Source: Bugula neritina
Lineage: Eukaryota; Animalia; Bryozoa
DNA: 64,000 bases
NCBI GenBank assembly: GCA_964035545.1
Contig: OZ037767.1
Coordinates: 24,878,628-24,942,627, forward strand
Direction: 5' to 3'
Shown here: piece after piece, positions 58,401 through 64,000 of the stretch
How the letters are laid out: each line of letters opens with the position of its first letter
Numbering within the stretch: the stretch's first letter is position 1
Position numbers and translations under genes: made by a program
Notes under the pieces: model-generated
Database searches by the model: none
The model's input: the letters and a program-made list of their open reading frames with translations, nothing else
What the model was told of the DNA's origin: nothing

Positions 58401-61400
58401 AAGATAACGTTGCTATACCTATAGAACCAGAAGTGAGAGTGCATAGGGAATGTTATGAAGAGAAGTACCGGCTGAGGGTGCCCACCTTCTCAGGTGAGGA
58501 GCCGGTGGAGCAATTCATTCAGGAATTCCAAGATGTAATGGAGGTTGCACAGTGGCCGCCCAGAATAGCATTGCTCAAGCTCCGGATGGCGCTGTCAGAC
58601 AAAGCCAAGCCATACGGAGTGGGACCGGACATCGACGGAATCTTTGCTTCCCTGCGGGCCCATTTTGGTATCTCCGCTGTAGATGCGCGGGCCCGTCTCC
58701 AAAGACTGTGGCGTGATCCTCACACGCCGCTACAAGAGCACGCTACCACGGTAATGAGACTGGTGCAGATCGCGTTCCGCGATCTGCCTCAAGTAAACCG
58801 TGAGAGGTACACCTATGATGCCTTCGTGCAATCCATCAACGACTTGGGACTCCATCACCAACTCCTGGCAAGTGGAGTCACCACGGTCGAAGGTGCGCTC
58901 GCAGAAGGGGAAGCTTACCTTCTGGCGAGTCAACTGCATCGGAACCGTGTGACTTCTCGTCAGGTGGATATGGAGCCCTCCGCTGCTCCTACCGCTTCCA
59001 ACGCGGAAATCCCAGCGGTGGCCAAGGTGACGCAGATGACGGTGGCATCGAATGTCGCGCAAATGACCGACATGCTAGCCGAACTGGTCTCCGCCTTGGC
59101 CCCTCTCAGCCAACTAGACACTACCTGTGAGCTTGACGGGCCACCGGTACAGCCGCCTGGTAGAGGACACCCCTCCTGCTGGGAGTGCGGAAGACCAGGA
59201 CACTTCCAGAAACACTGTCCCCAACTTCAACCAGGGTTAAACTACGACGGCCCGCGGATGCTCCCACATCCGGCGGGCCGCCGATAAAATCCCAAGGAAG
59301 GACACAGTGGCGTCCGCCACGCCGGACACCCGTCCAGGACCTCGCGGAACGACCACCAAGACGGCAAGCAGGCTGTACAAGCCACTCGCCGCCGGTGTTC
59401 TCAGTGCCACCCCGCAATAGGTTCGACAAACGACGGACCGCAGAGTCTGCGAGGGGAAAGGCCCAAACGCCACAAGGCGTGGCGCCACCCCCTCGACAGC
59501 TGGTCCCACATTGATACAGCTTTGAGTAGACGTACGTAGAAATCATAAACATACCACTCTCGTTACAATGGCTTGCCAAGAATCGAGAGGTGAGTTAGTT
59601 ATGTTTTTGGTACGAGAACTAAACTGTATTAATCAGCTTAACAATAACAGAATAAGCTGGAGACTCGATAATGATTTTTAGTGGTGGAAACTCACATTGA
59701 CTTTAAGACTGAACAGTCTGTCGTAGCGGTGTGTATGTCTCGATCAACTATTCATTAACTGAGTCTCACGAGTGTCAAATTGAGTTAAGTACTCGCCAGG
59801 CTGTATACGCCGGCTGTACTCAGTGTACCCTCTTTACACTGTTATACTCTTGCAGATCACACTCGATCGACCAACTCCGGGTCACAGAATCTATTCCCCC
59901 TCTCCCCCTTGGATAACGGACCGGAAATGGACAACGGACTGTCCGCGGTGCTGCGTCGAAGACACAGATGGGTGTCGCGACGGACGGAGCGGCAAATTGA
60001 AGAAGCCTGGGGACCGAGTAGGTCACAACGCACCTGCCATGTGTGTTACGAAGAGCTTCCCTCACACCAAGGACTACGGCTGCACGTGAATGCACACTTC
60101 CTGTTACGCTTCTGTCCGTGTGGGTTCCACGACGTCTATCCATACCCCGTCTTGGCACATATGATGGACTGTTTCACGGGCGAGGGCTATGTAGTGGACG
60201 CGGACAATTACGACCAGTACCTGGAAGCCATTAGACCAGTAGTTAAGAAGGCTTTGACCTGGGCCGCATTATCCTCCGGGTTTTATACACTGCTAACAGC
60301 CGCCCGCCAGAAGTCCCCCATGGTAAAGACTGTCGCTGCAATCATACCCCGGCCAGACAACACCCCCATGGAAGCATCAGATTCCCCAGAAGAAGCGACG
60401 CCAGCTCCAACCAGGCCTAATTGATTAGCGACCGTCGAGGAAAGACTCCTACGACTGCAGAATGAATTCACCCAATTGGCCCCCGACTTGCTCAGCACTA
60501 CAATGAGCCTTAGTGAACTAAAGGGCTCAGTGGGACGCCTTAAGCGTAGATTACGTGCACGGCAAGCACGACACCGTATCCAGTCCCTACAAAACTAGGA
60601 GCTGGGAGTTGACAATTCCACTCCACATACCCTCGGGGTACTACATTGTGATCATGTAACTGCTTGATCTGCTAACGACCGATCTGTGTGACGATCCGGA
60701 TCTCTCTCTCTGTAGCTGGCCAGCTGTGCGTTGGCCGCCTGCTTATCTTACTTATATATGTGTCGTACGTTTGATATTTCTTTTCTTTTTCTTTGTGGAT
60801 TTTCCTTACTTATGTCATTTTTGCATTATTATACTATTTTGTTTTATCAGAAAGTGGGGCTTTTTGCTGGTGGGGGCGGTGTAATGGGATTACGTAGTAT
60901 AATAATGGGATCGTCCCCTCTTGTATGGGAATACTTATAACTATGTTCTACTATCCAATCAGAGGGACCGGAAGGCAAGGTTCCGGTCAAATGACTGTTC
61001 GCGGGTTAGCCAGCAGAAACCATGTGTTGTTGAGAGCAGGGACTCGTAGTAGTAACATGTGTTTGTAATTGATCAGTGTTGTATAATAGTTTGATGTGGT
61101 GTTATAATTATGTTTATCGAATTAAATAAAGGTTATCGTACGCAAGCCAGACTAGTGATTGCTAGCTAAATTGACACTAAATACGCATACAATCCACGCT
61201 TGATAATTGTGCTAAAACTCACAACAATAATCATAATGATACAAAGCAATACCATTGTTTTTTAGAACATTATGCAAGTATACTTTGAGTATCACATCAA
61301 ATTTAGTTTTAAAAATGAGTAAACTGTCAGTACAAATGTATCATCAAGTGTTGGTTTGATGTGGGTAATGCATAATGCCAAGTATGTCATCAGTCATGTG

Positions 61401-61572
61401 TACATGTTGATGTAGAAGTTAGCGCACCTTTGTATTGTTCACACAGTGGTGTGAGATTATACACTTTTCCCAGAAAAGAAACCCATAAATCTTCTAAAGT
61501 ATTATGTACAGAGACTTCATTGGGAGTGTAGTAACGCTGCACAAACTTTTCAGGTCTCTTGTAACTAATCAT
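55466..61572 (-). CDS. CYB5D1: Cytochrome b5 domain-containing protein 1 (~223 aa)
   Basis: Exons 61572-61428 ([28 protein letters not shown]), 57556-57480 ([10 protein letters not shown]), 56807-56589 ([18 protein letters not shown]), 56049-55930 ([18 protein letters not shown]), 55576-55466 ([14 protein letters not shown]). Confidence 0.95.
57140..57385. repeat. 36-bp AT-rich minisatellite in CYB5D1 intron 2
   Basis: Unit ATATCATATATCATATCATGTATCATATAATATAAC, about 6 copies. Confidence 0.85.
57970..58316 (+). repeat. 5' LTR
   Basis: Direct repeat of 60880-61226. Contains CCAAT (~58045), a GACCGGAA/TTCCGGTC hairpin (58056-58078) and AATAAA (58215). Confidence 0.97.
58318..58335 (+). promoter_or_regulatory. 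Primer binding site, tRNA-Leu
   Basis: TGGTGGCAGCGGTGGGAT is the reverse complement of the 3' end (ATCCCACCGCTGCCA-CCA) of metazoan tRNA-Leu(AAG-type), 1 nt after the LTR. Confidence 0.88.
58352..59287 (+). CDS. gag: Gag (capsid plus CCHC nucleocapsid), 311 aa
   Basis: Intact ORF. Gypsy capsid pattern [14 protein letters not shown]....AQW..LKLRMAL..A..LRAHFG; zinc knuckle [14 protein letters not shown] at 59177-59218. Confidence 0.92.
   Translation: MTERGTELPIRRNEGEEDNVAIPIEPEVRVHRECYEEKYRLRVPTFSGEEPVEQFIQEFQDVMEVAQWPPRIALLKLRMALSDKAKPYGVGPDIDGIFASLRAHFGISAVDARARLQRLWRDPHTPLQEHATTVMRLVQIAFRDLPQVNRERYTYDAFVQSINDLGLHHQLLASGVTTVEGALAEGEAYLLASQLHRNRVTSRQVDMEPSAAPTASNAEIPAVAKVTQMTVASNVAQMTDMLAELVSALAPLSQLDTTCELDGPPVQPPGRGHPSCWECGRPGHFQKHCPQLQPGLNYDGPRMLPHPAGRR
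59236..59280 (+). promoter_or_regulatory. Putative -1 programmed ribosomal frameshift signal
   Basis: In-phase heptamer G_TTA_AAC (59236-59242), 5-nt spacer, then stem CGGCCCGC-GGATG/CATCC-g-GCGGGCCG (13 bp, one bulge). The -1 frame stays open to 59514. Confidence 0.7.
59568..60598 (+). CDS. LTR-element accessory gene: C2H2 zinc finger plus C-terminal coiled coil (spliced; internal TGA at 60422)
   Basis: Exon 59568-59589 (MACQESR, donor AG|GTGAGT), acceptor CTCTTGCAG| at 59855, in frame with ORF 59909-60424. CHVC-x12-H-x3-H at 60035-60097, then CPC-x12-H-x3-C. The frame continues 57 codons past the TGA to TAG at 60598. Confidence 0.7.
60880..61226 (+). repeat. 3' LTR
   Basis: Copy of the 5' LTR, preceded by PPT GGTGGGGGCGG and followed by TSD ATAA. 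Confidence 0.97.
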
Positions 61573-62247
61573 TATGGTATTTGTAACTTGTGACGACTTT
61601 AAGCCCAACTAATGAGAAACTTAGCTTACTGGTTGCATCGCAACGTGTAAGAACGCAGAAATTGTCACCCAACAAAGCTATTAACGTAATCATGTACTTT
61701 TGTTTTTTCAAAGTATTAATAAAAAAACAATATACGCTTATGTTAATTTTGTTTTTTTATTTTTTTTTTATTTTTTAATTTTAAAACTGTTTAGCTTGAA
61801 TTACAAAATAACTCTATGTCTGTGGTAGGAATTAGCGCTACATGGTAACATTAAAACGGTCTAATTTAGCAGAGTGTTAATCATAAAATCATAATAATTA
61901 TAATTATTATTATATTTATTAAAATTATTTTATAATACATATCACTTTAACCTCTTATCACCCTTCAATCCTTTGTAATTTAGTTAATTAGTTTTTTGCT
62001 AATAATATAATTTATAAATGATGATTTTAATCATCATCATTAATATTATCATAATTATGCTTATGCTAGCAGTCTCCTATCTTATGCCTAAAAGTAAACC
62101 TAAGGCTAATACTAATAGTAATAGTAATAGTAATACTAATATTTATACTAATAGGAATAGTAATGCCTAAGGCTAACACGCTAATGGCTAATAGTAATAC
62201 TATCACTAATACTAATAGTAATACTAATACAGTAATACTAATAGTGG

Positions 62248-62584
62248 AAAATAATTTTGTCCCCCACTGGGAATCGAACCCGAGACCTCCAGCCTACAAG
62301 TAGTTACAAGCAAGTGTGTTAACCACGTGACCACTGGGTAAACTCAACACTACAAGCACATCCCACCCAGTTGTCTGAACTCCACTGGCCTATCTACTAC
62401 TCCTACAGTCTTCCCCTTGCCACTCAACTCCCCCGGAGTACTACTACACATTATTAAGGCTAAAATAGCTTGTAAAATAATTTTGCCCCCACGGCCACTG
62501 GGAATCGAACCCGAGACCTCCAGCTTACAAGCAAGTGTGCTAACCATTACACCACGGGACCACTGGGTAAACTCAACACTACAA
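62248..62584 (-). mobile_element. Two tandem tRNA-derived (SINE-head or pseudo-tRNA) copies
   Basis: 62248-62355 and 62475-62584 are near-duplicates. The minus strand reads ..GTGGTAATGGTTAGCACACTTGCTTGTAAGCTGGAGGTCTCGGGTTCGATTCCC.. with a B-box GGTTCGATTCC. Acceptor and anticodon stems are imperfect. Confidence 0.6.
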
Positions 62585-63661
62585 ATAGTAATAGTAATAT
62601 ACTAATATTACTAATAGTAACTGTAAGTGTAGCACAGAACGGAGAAGTGAGAACACTCTGACTCTTGCTGGTAGTGGTGCTGATAGTGATAAAGATACTG
62701 AGTGATACTCATGGAGTTAGACTTGTGTTGGTGTACGAAATGATCTGCACCTACTCAATTTCTGCATCATAGTCATCTCATACTGTTGCTATTTCCAACA
62801 CTCAACAGTAACACTAACAGTGACTCTAGTCTCTAAGTAGACTTGGACTAAGTATAACTCTATAATTGTAATTGAAGTTTGATATTTGAGTTTGACTCTT
62901 TCACTCTGAGTCTGACTCACATTCATGTATTGAGTTTGACGGCTAACCTTGTTTATTATTATTACTAAGGTTTTGTAATTGCAAGTACTAGTAATACATT
63001 AATAGTTTAATTGGTTTTCATTGTAATTGTGATTAATTTATGAATGTGATGATCACGATGATAATGATATGATTACAATTTTAATTAACAATACTGTATT
63101 GTTTAATATATCAATTTGAGTATGTTCAAAGCGTAACCTCCAAGCGTCGTGAAGGATCAGGTTGTGAAACAGTCACAAATCGATTTCTAGGCTGAGAAGC
63201 CAAATGGTTCAGATCCCAAATGCCATTCTTGTTGTGAATATTTTGTGTATATGCCAAGTAAGAAAACAGTAGAGCTCAACCACTATGCTACGATCAATTC
63301 TACTCATGTGAATAGCAACTTGCAAAGACTTATTGAAAACTTGCTATAACCAATGGTTTATTGTGAAAAAAGTATGTAGTTTTTTTAATTAGATTCTTAC
63401 AGTCATATATGTGGAAATCTGAAATGGTTGCAAGTTTAGACAGTGTGTACATGCAACCGCTGAAGCTATAAAGGGGGTCTTCAATTTAGTTTTATTTTTT
63501 ATTCCAATTTGAGATGATTTTATTGTTCTTATGATAAAAGCATTTATTAGTGTTATTTACAAGTAGTTTAGGGTGTGTAATCATATTTCCGATAGTATAC
63601 ACTCTTCATATTCTGCATATCTTGTGTTTCATTTGCAGGTTAGCTGCATTTATCTACAATA

Positions 63662-63983
63662 ATGGATGGCAGATCTAAACTGCAGCAGTGGCTCAATCAG
63701 ACTCTTAGAGTAGAGATAACAGATGGTCGGTTACTTATAGGTAGGCATTTGTTGCATGTGGTTTGGTAGCATGTCTATTGTTTTGTCTTATAGAAATATA
63801 TTAGTAAACTTGCTTTTGGTTAATATTTGCATGGCTGGGACATACCAATTAGAAAAAGCTGATCTTGTTTTATGAGTTATAAATTTGAATTTGAAATGTC
63901 ATTTTTTGTTTCAGGTGTATTTTCTTGCACAGATAAAGATGCCAATATAATATTAAGTCAATGTGATGAGTTTCTTCCAGCAG
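63662..63983 (+). CDS. NAA38: N-alpha-acetyltransferase 38, NatC auxiliary subunit (LSm domain; 3' part lies beyond the window)
   Basis: Exons 63662-63740 and 63915-63983: MDGRSKLQQWLNQTLRVEITDGRLLIG|VFSCTDKDANIILSQCDEFLP, matching the NAA38/LSMD1 pattern L..LN..R..TDGR..G.F.CTD...N.IL...EFL. Confidence 0.88.
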
Positions 63984-64000
63984 GTAAATAAATAGCTAAT

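Larger units (their letters stand above)
57970..61226 (+). mobile_element. Non-autonomous Ty3/gypsy-type LTR retrotransposon (gag plus accessory gene, no pol) in CYB5D1 intron 1, antisense to the host
   Basis: LTRs 57970-58316 and 60880-61226 (347 bp, TG..CA, 2 T/C mismatches); 4-bp TSD ATAA; PBS at 58318; G-rich PPT ~60869-60879; gag ORF with CCHC knuckle. Confidence 0.97.

Noticed and set aside
58730-60498. Several minus-strand ORFs inside the LTR element
   Set aside because: Expected in GC-rich sequence opposite real ORFs; no recognisable motifs.
62475-62584. Functional tRNA gene (Thr-TGT-like)
   Set aside because: Acceptor and anticodon stems do not pair properly and the unit is locally duplicated with indels, so it is treated as SINE or pseudo-tRNA.

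Overview
AT-rich, intron-dense animal genomic DNA, probably a marine spiralian/lophotrochozoan invertebrate (inferred from gene content and composition, not verified). Splice-resolved genes in order: 3' part of PGD (+); two Asn-Gly-repeat units, each with a GPI-type C-terminal signal, the first also with a signal peptide (+); MRPS6 (+); a ~480-bp pure (AC)n; two tandem tyrosine hydroxylase paralogs, the second lacking the N-terminal regulatory motifs (+); FCHO (F-BAR/muHD, -); cyclin L (+, GC-AG first intron); CYB5D1 (-); and the 5' part of NAA38 (+), head-to-head with CYB5D1. Intron 1 of CYB5D1 holds a young, structurally complete 3.26-kb Ty3/gypsy-type LTR element (347-bp LTRs with 2 mismatches, ATAA TSD, tRNA-Leu PBS, PPT). 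It has an intact gag but no pol. It keeps a textbook -1 frameshift signal and carries an apparently spliced accessory gene encoding a C2H2 zinc-finger plus coiled-coil protein. The most novel-looking items are this pol-less element, the Asn-Gly repeat GPI protein locus and the deregulated TH duplicate. All coordinates were read by eye; no database searches were run.
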